Notes under the pieces: generated by a model | Databases searched by the model: none | What the model saw: the letters and a program-made list of their open reading frames with translations, nothing else | Told to the model about the DNA's origin: nothing | Made by a program: the position numbers and the translations under genes | From: an uncultured Hormoscilla sp. | GTDB lineage: Bacteria > Cyanobacteriota > Cyanobacteriia > Cyanobacteriales > Desertifilaceae | Reading direction: 5' to 3' | Length of the DNA: 64,000 nucleotides | Assembly: GCA_963921275.4 (NCBI GenBank) | Contig: OZ001293.3 | Location: forward strand, 5,600,001 to 5,664,000 | Part shown: piece after piece, positions 11,776-21,005 of the stretch | Layout of the letters: the number at the start of each line of letters is the position of its first letter | Position numbering within the stretch: the first letter of the stretch is position 1

Positions 11776-12678
11776 TTACTTTAATTCCCGAGCTAGACCC
11801 GCCCCAGTTTTAGCAACCCAAATTGAATCAAAGTTTTTCAGCATAACTTCAGTAGGATTTATCTTTTCATCGCTTCCTATCTTCTCAAAACTTGCATTCA
11901 CATTAGGGTAGATAAAGAAAGGAATCGAAATTATACTCTTGGAGAGTTTGTGAATAACTTCATGGGGAGTGCTAACAAACAAGCCATTCGTCCAGAGTTG
12001 CAGCATATCGCCCAAGTTGATGACAAAAGCATCTTCCAAACAGTCAGCATCAATCCAGGCATTTTTGGTATAAACTCGTAGGGAAGGACTGGGGAAATCT
12101 TCTTGGATTAATACGGTGAAAATACCATTATCCGTGTGTTTCCCTGCCACGCCACCTTCAGGGGGATAGTAAATAGTCCGATGGATGACGATCGGATCGT
12201 CAAAATAAGGGTCAAACCAATCGGGTTCCCGGTTTAAAGCAACGGCCAGCGCCCGGAGCAGGTGGGGCACAATTTTGGTTACGATCTCCCCTTGAAGCTG
12301 ATAATGGGATACTGCAAAATCGGAGGCTACGGTGTCATCGGGAATCACGGTCGGACCGGTAAAAGGCTTGTCCGATGGTGGACGTTCTATGCCGAGATCA
12401 AAAATTTCCTTGGGATCGGGGCCAACGTCTTCGTGAAGGGTTTCACCGTAGAGGGGAACGTAGCCCCGACATGTCTTGGGATAAACCGTTTGCTTGTCTT
12501 GGCCGTAGGCTTTTTTGATCTCTTCTGGCAACTGGAAAAAGTTGCGGGATGCGGCGATCGTTCGCCGAACCAAATCGGCCGAGATGCCGTGATCTTTCAA
12601 ATAGAAAAACCCATGCTCGTAGCAGATGCCATAGAGACGAATCAGACGATTTATATAGCTTAATATAGATATAAGCAA
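11776..12678 (-). CDS. 2-oxoglutarate/Fe(II) dioxygenase (isopenicillin N synthase family), N-terminus possibly truncated
   Basis: HGFFYL, HTD iron motif, NLGDMLQLWTNG, TPHEV. No good ATG start. Confidence 0.8.
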   Translation of the reverse strand: MLISILSYINRLIRLYGICYEHGFFYLKDHGISADLVRRTIAASRNFFQLPEEIKKAYGQDKQTVYPKTCRGYVPLYGETLHEDVGPDPKEIFDLGIERPPSDKPFTGPTVIPDDTVASDFAVSHYQLQGEIVTKIVPHLLRALAVALNREPDWFDPYFDDPIVIHRTIYYPPEGGVAGKHTDNGIFTVLIQEDFPSPSLRVYTKNAWIDADCLEDAFVINLGDMLQLWTNGLFVSTPHEVIHKLSKSIISIPFFIYPNVNASFEKIGSDEKINPTEVMLKNFDSIWVAKTGAGLARELK

Positions 12679-12923
12679 TTAAAAATTAAAAATTGAGAAA
12701 GCCTTTGAGCACAATGGTTTCAGCTTTTCGGTCTATGTAATTTAAATGCGCGACAGCTGATCACCTAAAACTATGCTCTGCATCGGTCGCGGGCCTTCCC
12801 GCCTGCGTGCAACACGCTACGCTGCCCATTTTTTTATCTAGCGATGACAGTCTGCAAATTCTTCTCCCGTACCGCTGGTGCATGGGTGGGGCAGTACACA
12901 TCCTACATACCCTACATTTAGCT

Positions 12924-13253
12924 CTAGGATGCTGAAACTAGGGACGCTAGGGGATCGGGTATCGTCTCCGAGGGGGAGGAAAAATTCCCAGTCAGGACAT
13001 ACTCCAAACGCAATTTTAACCAGGTAATAAATTGCTCATTCGTAGAAACGATCGCCGCTGCTGGTTGGGGACATTTCTTCTTCGCTTCTGCCATTTCTGG
13101 CGCTTCCAGAAATGCTGGTTGTACAATTAACCAAAAATCGATCTCCTTTTCCTTGGATTTGTAGTTATTCGTGCGTTCTCTGAGAACTTCCTCTAAGGGT
13201 TCTTCCTCTGTCAGAAACTTTTGAGAAGCCAGTACGTAGTAATACGTTTGCAT
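12924..13253 (-). CDS. ycf54: Ycf54 / MgPME cyclase complex protein (DUF2488)
   Basis: MQTYYYVLASQKFL.EEPLEEVLRER, DFWL, FITWLKLRLEYV. Confidence 0.93.
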   Translation of the reverse strand: MQTYYYVLASQKFLTEEEPLEEVLRERTNNYKSKEKEIDFWLIVQPAFLEAPEMAEAKKKCPQPAAAIVSTNEQFITWLKLRLEYVLTGNFSSPSETIPDPLASLVSAS

Positions 13254-13311
13254 GCTCGATCTCGAACTTGACTGCTTTACTGTTTTACCATAATGATTGA
13301 CAAAATACAAG

Positions 13312-14076
13312 TCATAATTGTCCGCGCATGGCTTGCTTCATCTCCCGGACCGCTCTTTCTAATCCTACTAGGGCTGCTCTGCTAATGATACTATGACCGA
13401 TGTTGAGTTCTTCTATCCCCCGAATGCAAGCTACTGGGTAGACATTCCAGTAAGTCAGTCCATGTCCAGCGTTGACTCGCAAACCAGCTGCGATCGCCTG
13501 GGCGCATCCTTTGGCTAAGATATCTAATTCCCCCTGGCGACCTGCTTCGTCCTTAGCTTCTGCGTAGGTGCCGGTGTGCAGTTCGATAAACTTTGCCTTT
13601 ACCCGGGCGGAAGCGGCAATCTGGGCCTGGTCCGCGTCAATAAATAGACTAACTGGAATTCCCGCAGTTTGCAACTTGTCCACTATTGAGGCGATGCGCG
13701 AAACTTGACCTACTATATCCAGTCCCCCTTCCGTGGTCACCTCTTCCCGCTTTTCGGGCACCAGGGTGACATAGTCCGGTTTAATGTCCAGGGCAATGTT
13801 CACCATTTCTTCTGTGGCAGCCATTTCCAAATTCAGATGAGTGCGGATCGTCTGGCGCAGCAAGCGGACATCCCGGTCTTGGATATGCCGGCGGTCTTCC
13901 CGCAGATGGGCCGTAATGCCATCGGCACCGGCCAGTTCTGCCTGCACTGCTGCGGTCACTGGATCTGGTTCTACGGTGCGTCGGGCCTGCCGGATGGTCG
14001 CAATATGGTCGATGTTAACGCCTAGGGTGAGCAAGGGATGAACCTCTGTCCTGTCTAACTTAAGTGGTGTACTCAT
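13312..14076 (-). CDS. pdxJ: Pyridoxine 5'-phosphate synthase
   Basis: [34 protein letters not shown]. Confidence 0.97.
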   Translation of the reverse strand: MSTPLKLDRTEVHPLLTLGVNIDHIATIRQARRTVEPDPVTAAVQAELAGADGITAHLREDRRHIQDRDVRLLRQTIRTHLNLEMAATEEMVNIALDIKPDYVTLVPEKREEVTTEGGLDIVGQVSRIASIVDKLQTAGIPVSLFIDADQAQIAASARVKAKFIELHTGTYAEAKDEAGRQGELDILAKGCAQAIAAGLRVNAGHGLTYWNVYPVACIRGIEELNIGHSIISRAALVGLERAVREMKQAMRGQL

Positions 14077-14151
14077 GGAAAAAGCCGGGTTTAGCCGTCC
14101 GCGTAGCGTGCGCGCAGCGCATAGTAAAGGAAGTTGCTTTTCAAGAAGGTC

Positions 14152-14232
14152 CGATGCCTGATTTTTCCGGAACGGTGGGATGCAACGCTGCCAACCCCAT
14201 GCGCGCAGCGCACGCTGCGCGCGCAGGCATCG
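14152..14232. repeat. Composite palindromic insertion element
   Basis: Terminal inverted repeat CGATGCCTG...CAGGCATCG enclosing the 15-bp TTTTCCGGAACGGTG unit and a GCGCAGCGCACGCTGCGC unit. Confidence 0.75.
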
Positions 14233-14241
14233 TGATAAACT

Positions 14242-17200
14242 TCAATTAACCACAGTGAAATCATCGACATTAATCAGGGTCGAATCAATCCCCTGCAGGG
14301 TGGCCAGGGTTTTCCCTTCAAAGTTAATCCGGGTATCGAGGCCCATCCTGACGATCGCCAAATCGTTGAAACTCAAACCTTCTGTTAGCCCAATCGAGTC
14401 CGTGCCATCTTCAAAGTCTATGATGGTATAGCCCATGCCGCCCGACTCCAGAACAAAAAGATCGGCCTGCTGAGATCGTCCGTAGAGGCTATCGTTTCCA
14501 TCTCCGCCGATGAGACCGTCGTTTCCGTAGACGCGATCGCTTCCATTTCCACCGGTGAGGGGGTCGTCCTCCTGGAGGCGATCGTCCTGACCGACTATTA
14601 GTGAGGCGACCTCCAGAACATCGTTGACGTTAATCGTGAAGACCTCCGAGTAACTGGCCCCAGCACCGTCGGTGGTCTGGACGCGGATGTTGTAACTGGA
14701 TCGGGTCTCAACGTCCGGGGAACTTTTAATTAGCAGGTTACTGACTATCATGAAGGCGCCGTTATCAAAGTCACCAACGCCGGGGACTAGCCGATAGGTA
14801 AAGGTATCGGATATGTCGGGGTCAATAGTGAAGAGAGTCCCCACGACGCTATTGACTGGGTCGGGGTTTTCATCAATGCTGTTGCCGCTGAGAACTATGT
14901 TGGTAGGAGGGGAGTTCTCTGCAATATCGATGGTAAAGACCTCCTCGTAACTGGCCCCAGTAGCGTCGGTAGTCTGGACGCGGATGCTGTAACTCGGCTG
15001 GGTCTCAATGCCCAGGAAACTGTTAACTCGCAGTTGGTTCCCTACTATGGTGAAAGCAGCGTTATCAAAGTCACCAACGCCGGGTACTAGCCGATAGGTA
15101 AAGGTATCGGATATGTCGGGGTCGATAGTGGAGAGAGTTCCTACGATGCTATCCAATGGGGCGTTTTCAGTGATGCTGCTGTTGCTGAGGGTTATGTCGG
15201 TAGGAGGGGAGTTCTCTACAACATCGGTGACATTAATAGTCAAGACCTCCGAGTAACCGGCCCCAGTCTCGTCGGTAGTCCGGACGCCGATGCTGTAACT
15301 CGATCGAGTCTCAAAGTCCAAAGAACTGTTAGTTAGCAGTTGGTTCCCTACTATGGTGAAGGTGTTGTCGACTCCGAGTAACTGGTAGGTAAAGCTATCT
15401 CCTTCGTCTGGGTCGGTAGTGGAGAAAGTCCCCACGATGCTACCCAATGGGGCGTTTTCAGTGATGCTGTTGTTGCTGAGGGTTATGTCGGTAGGAGGGG
15501 AGTTCTCTGCAACGTCGGTGACATTAATAGTCAAGACCTCCGAGTAACTGGCCCCTGTCTGGTCGGTAGTCTGGACTAATATCCTGTAAATCGACTGAGT
15601 CTCAAAGTCCAGGGAACTGTTAATTCGCAGTTGGTCCCCTACTATGGTGAAAGCAGCGTTATCATCGCCACCAAAGCCGGAGACTAACCGATAGGTAAAG
15701 GTATCTCCCTCGTCGGGATCGCTAGTTCCGAAAGTCCCCACGACTGCACCCGATGGAGAGTTTTCATTGATGATGCTGCTGCTGAGAACTATATCGGTAG
15801 GAGAGGAGTTCTCTGCAACGTCGGTGACATTAATAGTCAAGGCCTCCGAGTAACTGGCCCCAGTCTGGTCGGTAGTCTGGACGCGGATGCTGTAACTCGA
15901 CTGAGTCTCAAAGTCAGGGGAACTGTTAATTCGCAGTTGGTTCCCTACTATGGTGAAGGCGGCGTTATCATCGTCACCAACGCCTGAGACTAACTCGTAG
16001 GTAAAGGTATCTCCAGAGTTGGGGTCAGTAGTGGATAAAATCCCCACAACAGTATTGGCTGGGGAGTTTTCATTGACATTGATGCTGCCGCTGAGTTCGA
16101 TGTCGGTAGGAGATTCGGCAACATCGTTGACGTTAATAGTCAAGACCTCCTCGTAACTGGCCCCAGTCTGGTCGGTAGTCCGGACGCCGATGTTGTAACT
16201 CGACTGGGTCTCAAAGTCCAAAGAACTGTTAGTTAGCAGTTCGTCCCCTACTATCGTGAAGGCGTTGCTGCCGAAGAGTAACTGGTAGGTAAAGCTATCT
16301 CCAATGTCGGCGTCGGTAGTTCCGAAAGTCCCCACGACTACACCCAATGGGGAGTTTTCATCAATGCTGCTGTTGCTGAGAACTATGTCAGTAGGAGAGG
16401 AGTTCTCAGCAACATCGTTGACGTTAATAGTCAAGACCTCCTCGTAACTGGCCCCAGTAGCGTCGGTAGTCTGGACCCGGATGCTGTAACTCGACTGAGT
16501 CTCAAAGTCCAAAGAACTGTTAATTCGCAGTTGGTCCCCTACTATGGTGAAGGCGGCGTTATCATCGTCACCAACGCCTGAGACTAACTGGTAGGTAAAG
16601 GTATCTCCAGAGTTGGGGTCAGTAGTGGAGAAAGTCCCCACGACTGCACCCAATGGGGAGTTTTCATCAATACTGCTGCTGCTGAGTTCGATGTCGGTAG
16701 GAGATTCGGCAACATCGTTAACCTCAATAATCAAGACCCTCGAGAAACTGTCCCCAGCAGCGTCGGTAGTCTGGACGAGGATGCTGTAACTCGACTGGGT
16801 CTCAAAGTCCGGGGAACTGTTAATCCGCAGTCGGTCTCCTTCTATGGTGAAGGCGTCGTTATCATCGGGACCAACGTCGGAGATTAACTGGTAGCTAAAG
16901 GTATCTCCCTCGTCGGGGTCGGTAGTCGAGAAAGTGCCCACGACTGTATCCGATGGGGAGTTTTCATCAATGCTGCTGTTGCTGAGAACTATGTCAGTAG
17001 GAGAGGAGTTCTCTGCAACATCGGTGACGTTAATAGTCAAGACCTCCGAGTAACTGGCCCCAGCAGCGTCGGTAGTCCGGACGAATATCTCGTAACTCGA
17101 CTGAGTCTCAAAGTCCAAAGAACTGTTAGTTCGCAGTTCGTCCCCTACTATGGTGAAGGCGTTGCTGCCGGAGAGTAACTGGTAGGTAAAGCTATCTCCA

Positions 17201-20196
17201 ATGTCGGCGTCGCTAGTAGAGAAAGTCCCCACGACTGCACCCAATGGGGAGTTTTCATTGATGCTGCTGTTGCTGAGAACTATGTCAGTAGGAGAGGAAT
17301 TCTCTGCAACATCGGTGACGTTAATAGTCAAGGCCTCCGAGTAACTGGCCCCAGCAGCGTCGGTAGTCCGGACGAATATCTCGTAACTCGACTGAGTCTC
17401 AAAGTCCAAAGAACTGTTAGTTTGCAGTTCGTTTCCTACTATGGTGAAGGCGTTGCTGCCGAAGAGTAACTGGTAGGTAAAGCTATCTCCAATGTCGGCG
17501 TCGCTAGTAGAGAAAGTCCCCACGACTGCACCCAATGGGGAGTTTTCATTGATGCTGCTTTTGCTGAGAACTAGGTCGGTGGGAGTAGAGTTCCCTACAA
17601 CATTAATGCTAAAGGTATCTGTCCCTTCACCTAGATTTTCGTCTATGGCGGTTACCGTTACGGTAAAGTTGCCTGCGGTAGTAGGGATACCGCTGATAAC
17701 TCCCCGACTGTTGATGGTTAAGCCCTCTGGTAAACCGATAGCTGTGTAGTTGTTGATGTTGCCATTGATGTCGCCGAAGTTGTCGCTAATGTCTTCGTTG
17801 AAGTTATTCCCTGACAAGAGATCAAAGTCAAAGTCGGGAATCTCGGTTCTTACATAAGGGGGGTTTTCCAATAGCTTGTTAGCCCGCAAATTTAGAACCT
17901 CTTGGGGGATGGTGCCAGTTAGTCGGTTGTCGAACAGCCAGAGCTCTTCCAAATTAAAAAAATTTCCTAACTGAGGAGGGATGGAACCAGTCAGTCGGTT
18001 GTTGAACAGCCAGAGCTCTTTCAAATTGGAAAGATTCCCTAACTGAGGAGGGATGGTGCCAGTCAGGTCGTTGTTGAACAGGTAGAGATCCTCCAAATTG
18101 GAAAGATTCCCTAACTCACTCGGGATGGTGCCAGTCAGGTCGTTGTTGTCCAGGTCGAGAACGTCCAAATTGGAAAGATTCCCTAACTGAGGAGGGATGG
18201 TGCCAGTCAGGTCGTTGTTGTCCAGGTAGAGATCCTCCAAATTGGAAAGATTTCCTAACTGAGGAGGGATGGTGCCAGTCAGGTTGTTGCTGGACAGCAA
18301 GAGATCGTCCAAATTGGAAAGATTCCCTAACTCACTCGGGATGCTGCCAGTCAGGCCGTTTTCCTCCAGCTCAATTACCGTCACCCTGCCGTTCTCTACC
18401 GTCACCCCAAACCAATCGTTAAGATCATTAGGGGGAGTTGGGCTGCTGAAATTCCAGCCTTCATTGTTCTGCCAAGAATCCCCATTTGTGGCGTCGTATA
18501 GGGCCCTCAGTGCCTGATAGTCGCTAAGAAGGGGGTTAACAAGGGGGTTGTTGCCGGACAGGTCGAGCTGTTCCAAATTCAGATTATTTAACTTTTGAAA
18601 GATGCTGCTACTCACACTCAGGTTGTTGTTGGACAGGTCGAGAGCTTCCAAATTGGAAAGATCCCCTAATTCCGTCGGGATGGTGCCACTCAGTTGGTTG
18701 TTGGACAGGTCGAGAACTTCCAAATTGAAAAGATTCCCTAACTGAGAAGGGATGGTGCCAGTCAGGTCGTTCGACTGCAGGTTGAGCTCTACCAAATTGG
18801 AAAGATTCCCTAACTGAGAAGGGATGGTGCCAGTCAGGTCGTTCGACTGCAGGTTGAACTCTACCAAATTGGAAAGATTCCCTAACTGAGGAGGGATGGT
18901 GCCAGTCAGCTCGTTGTTGTCCAGGTAGAGATCTTTCAAATTGGAAAGATTCCCTAACTGAGAAGGGATGGTGCCAGTCAGTCGGTTGTTGTCCAGCCAG
19001 AGCTCTACCAAATTGGAAAGATTCCTTAACTGAGGAGGGATGGTGCCAGTCAGCTCGTTGTTGTCCAGGTAGAGCTCTACCAAATTGGAAAGATTCCCTA
19101 ACTGAGGAGGGATGGTGCCAGTCAGCTCGTTCGACTGCAGCCAGAGCTCTTGCAAATTAGAAAGATTCCCTAACTCACTCGGGATGGTGCCAGTCAGGTC
19201 GTTGTTGGACAGGTCGAGCTTTTCCAAATTAGAAAGATTCCCTAACTCAGTCGGGATGGTGCCAGTCAGGTCGTTGTTGGACAGATTGAGATCTTCTTCC
19301 AAATTGGAAAGATTCCCTAACTCACTCGGGATGGTGCCAGTCAGGTCGTTGTTGGACAGGTCGAGCTTTTCCAAATTGGAAAGATTTTCTAACTGAGGAG
19401 GGATGCTGCCAGTCAGACCGTTCTCCCCCAGATCGAGGTCCCTCAAATTGGAAAGATTCCCTAATTCATTCGGGATGCTGCCAGTCAGACCGTTCCCGTC
19501 CAGATAGAGTCCCGTCACCCTGGCGTCATCTACCGTCACCCCAGACCAATTAGCAACAACAGACTCATCGGGGAGAGTGTTACTGTTGAAATCCCAGTCT
19601 TCCCAGCCATTCGTGTCATCCCAAGATGTAGCCCCACCCGTGCCTTGATATAGACGCCTTAAGGCCTCATAATCCTGCTGATTGAGGGGGGCCAATATGC
19701 CCCCATAGGCCAGAAGAGCTTCTGCGGACAATGCTAAGGGAGTTTCCATCCCGGGAGTCCGCCACTCCAACTCCCAATTCCCGCCCCGGGCTGCTGCCCC
19801 TGTCCGGGTAGTAGAGGCGGCAATATCAGCCGCGGTCAGGGCCTGTAGCTTAGCCATCAACTCCTCTCCTGCATCTCCGGCGGCCACGTTACAGCCGTAG
19901 AGTAGGAGTTTTTTGATTTTCCACCCCCGCAGGGTAGAGGCGTAATCCCCTAGGGTATCTAAACTCAGTTGGGAGTTCCCCAGATACAGACAGCCAGGGC
20001 TGCCGTGGGAGAGTAGGTGAAGAACCTCTGTTTCCCGATGCTGTAGGAGTTGTTCGCCGATCTGTTCGATGCCATCGGACTGAGGGTCTAAGAGGAAGGG
20101 TTTGGCCCCAGGCTGGAGGCCGTCTATAAGCTGCTGGTAGTTTTCTAAGGAGGGATCCACTACTACCATGGTGTTGGCATTGGTATTATGCTTCAT
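14242..20196 (-). CDS. Large secreted/surface protein: DUF4347, two plant-type LRR arrays, Ig-like domain, about 10 cadherin repeats, RTX-like Ca-binding C-terminus
   Basis: LHLLSHGSPG/LLYGCNVA (DUF4347); 24-aa LxxLxLxxNxLTGxIPxxLGNLSN repeats (about 12 + 7); PTDI...DFETQSSYSI.V.TTD cadherin repeats; GGDGNDSLYG. Confidence 0.9.
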   Translation of the reverse strand: MKHNTNANTMVVVDPSLENYQQLIDGLQPGAKPFLLDPQSDGIEQIGEQLLQHRETEVLHLLSHGSPGCLYLGNSQLSLDTLGDYASTLRGWKIKKLLLYGCNVAAGDAGEELMAKLQALTAADIAASTTRTGAAARGGNWELEWRTPGMETPLALSAEALLAYGGILAPLNQQDYEALRRLYQGTGGATSWDDTNGWEDWDFNSNTLPDESVVANWSGVTVDDARVTGLYLDGNGLTGSIPNELGNLSNLRDLDLGENGLTGSIPPQLENLSNLEKLDLSNNDLTGTIPSELGNLSNLEEDLNLSNNDLTGTIPTELGNLSNLEKLDLSNNDLTGTIPSELGNLSNLQELWLQSNELTGTIPPQLGNLSNLVELYLDNNELTGTIPPQLRNLSNLVELWLDNNRLTGTIPSQLGNLSNLKDLYLDNNELTGTIPPQLGNLSNLVEFNLQSNDLTGTIPSQLGNLSNLVELNLQSNDLTGTIPSQLGNLFNLEVLDLSNNQLSGTIPTELGDLSNLEALDLSNNNLSVSSSIFQKLNNLNLEQLDLSGNNPLVNPLLSDYQALRALYDATNGDSWQNNEGWNFSSPTPPNDLNDWFGVTVENGRVTVIELEENGLTGSIPSELGNLSNLDDLLLSSNNLTGTIPPQLGNLSNLEDLYLDNNDLTGTIPPQLGNLSNLDVLDLDNNDLTGTIPSELGNLSNLEDLYLFNNDLTGTIPPQLGNLSNLKELWLFNNRLTGSIPPQLGNFFNLEELWLFDNRLTGTIPQEVLNLRANKLLENPPYVRTEIPDFDFDLLSGNNFNEDISDNFGDINGNINNYTAIGLPEGLTINSRGVISGIPTTAGNFTVTVTAIDENLGEGTDTFSINVVGNSTPTDLVLSKSSINENSPLGAVVGTFSTSDADIGDSFTYQLLFGSNAFTIVGNELQTNSSLDFETQSSYEIFVRTTDAAGASYSEALTINVTDVAENSSPTDIVLSNSSINENSPLGAVVGTFSTSDADIGDSFTYQLLSGSNAFTIVGDELRTNSSLDFETQSSYEIFVRTTDAAGASYSEVLTINVTDVAENSSPTDIVLSNSSIDENSPSDTVVGTFSTTDPDEGDTFSYQLISDVGPDDNDAFTIEGDRLRINSSPDFETQSSYSILVQTTDAAGDSFSRVLIIEVNDVAESPTDIELSSSSIDENSPLGAVVGTFSTTDPNSGDTFTYQLVSGVGDDDNAAFTIVGDQLRINSSLDFETQSSYSIRVQTTDATGASYEEVLTINVNDVAENSSPTDIVLSNSSIDENSPLGVVVGTFGTTDADIGDSFTYQLLFGSNAFTIVGDELLTNSSLDFETQSSYNIGVRTTDQTGASYEEVLTINVNDVAESPTDIELSGSINVNENSPANTVVGILSTTDPNSGDTFTYELVSGVGDDDNAAFTIVGNQLRINSSPDFETQSSYSIRVQTTDQTGASYSEALTINVTDVAENSSPTDIVLSSSIINENSPSGAVVGTFGTSDPDEGDTFTYRLVSGFGGDDNAAFTIVGDQLRINSSLDFETQSIYRILVQTTDQTGASYSEVLTINVTDVAENSPPTDITLSNNSITENAPLGSIVGTFSTTDPDEGDSFTYQLLGVDNTFTIVGNQLLTNSSLDFETRSSYSIGVRTTDETGAGYSEVLTINVTDVVENSPPTDITLSNSSITENAPLDSIVGTLSTIDPDISDTFTYRLVPGVGDFDNAAFTIVGNQLRVNSFLGIETQPSYSIRVQTTDATGASYEEVFTIDIAENSPPTNIVLSGNSIDENPDPVNSVVGTLFTIDPDISDTFTYRLVPGVGDFDNGAFMIVSNLLIKSSPDVETRSSYNIRVQTTDGAGASYSEVFTINVNDVLEVASLIVGQDDRLQEDDPLTGGNGSDRVYGNDGLIGGDGNDSLYGRSQQADLFVLESGGMGYTIIDFEDGTDSIGLTEGLSFNDLAIVRMGLDTRINFEGKTLATLQGIDSTLINVDDFTVVN

Positions 20197-20510
20197 TTTA
20201 AGGTTGCTGAATTTTGAATGGCTTAGGAACGAGTCGCTCCCTTATATATGTATACTTCAGATGGGGTTCGGGATATTTCGGATAATTTCAAAAATTATTT
20301 GCTGTGTTATCGGTTAGAGAAAAAATAGATGAACCGAGGAGAGGGAAACGATGCCTACCGTTCCGGAAAAATCGGGAGTATGGCCAAAACCTTGTCGCAG
20401 AGAGAAAATGCGCATTTTTTCGATGACCGGTGGTAAAAAATCAATGATTTACTACCGGTGATAGACGGCCATGTAGGAGGAACGGCCAAAAATAAATTGA
20501 CTCTTCGGCG

Positions 20511-20666
20511 TTGGGTAGTGAAGGGTCGGGGTTGGGTAGTGAAGGGTCGGGGTTGGGTAGTGAAGGGTCGGGGTTGGGTAGTGAAGGGTCGGGGTTGGGT
20601 AGTGAAGGGTCGGGGTTGGGTAGTGAAGGGTCGGGGTTGGGTAGTGAAGGGTCGGGGTTGGGTAGT
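20511..20666. repeat. 21-bp tandem array (TTGGGTAGTGAAGGGTCGGGG), about 7.4 copies
   Basis: Perfect period 21 with no spacers. Confidence 0.95.
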
Positions 20667-20790
20667 CTAGGGTCGGCGTTAGATCTCCACCCCTGCGCGT
20701 TGAGTGGCGACCCGTGCCCGTTGTCGCTCCACCTGGGTTGGGTTAAGCTTGCACTCCTGCGCGTTAAGCTTGCACCTAGGCGCGTTGTAT

Positions 20791-20866
20791 CGTAATCCCC
20801 TAGGGTATCTAAACTCAGTTGGGAGTTTCCCAGATACAGACAGCCAGGGCTGCGGTGGGAGAGTAG
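20791..20866. repeat. 76-bp direct duplicate of DUF4347-coding segment 19941-20016
   Basis: CGTAATCCCCTAGGGTATCTAAACTCAGTTGGGAG... matches 19941-20016 with 2 mismatches. Confidence 0.9.
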
Positions 20867-21005
20867 AGAGAAAATAATCGACTTGCGGTGAGCGAAGTCG
20901 AACCGCTGTTTGTTGAAGCTTTTTCTGTTAAAAGAACTCTTAGGCCCATTAAAGGATTCGGTCTTTTAGGGGACCGGTTGAAGAGAACACGCAATCATAA
21001 GGATC

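Noticed and set aside
20458..20795. Repetitive peptide ORFs (WVVKGRG)n and (GSEGSGL)n
   Set aside because: Open frames are expected in a stop-free 21-bp array; non-ATG starts and no other coding support.
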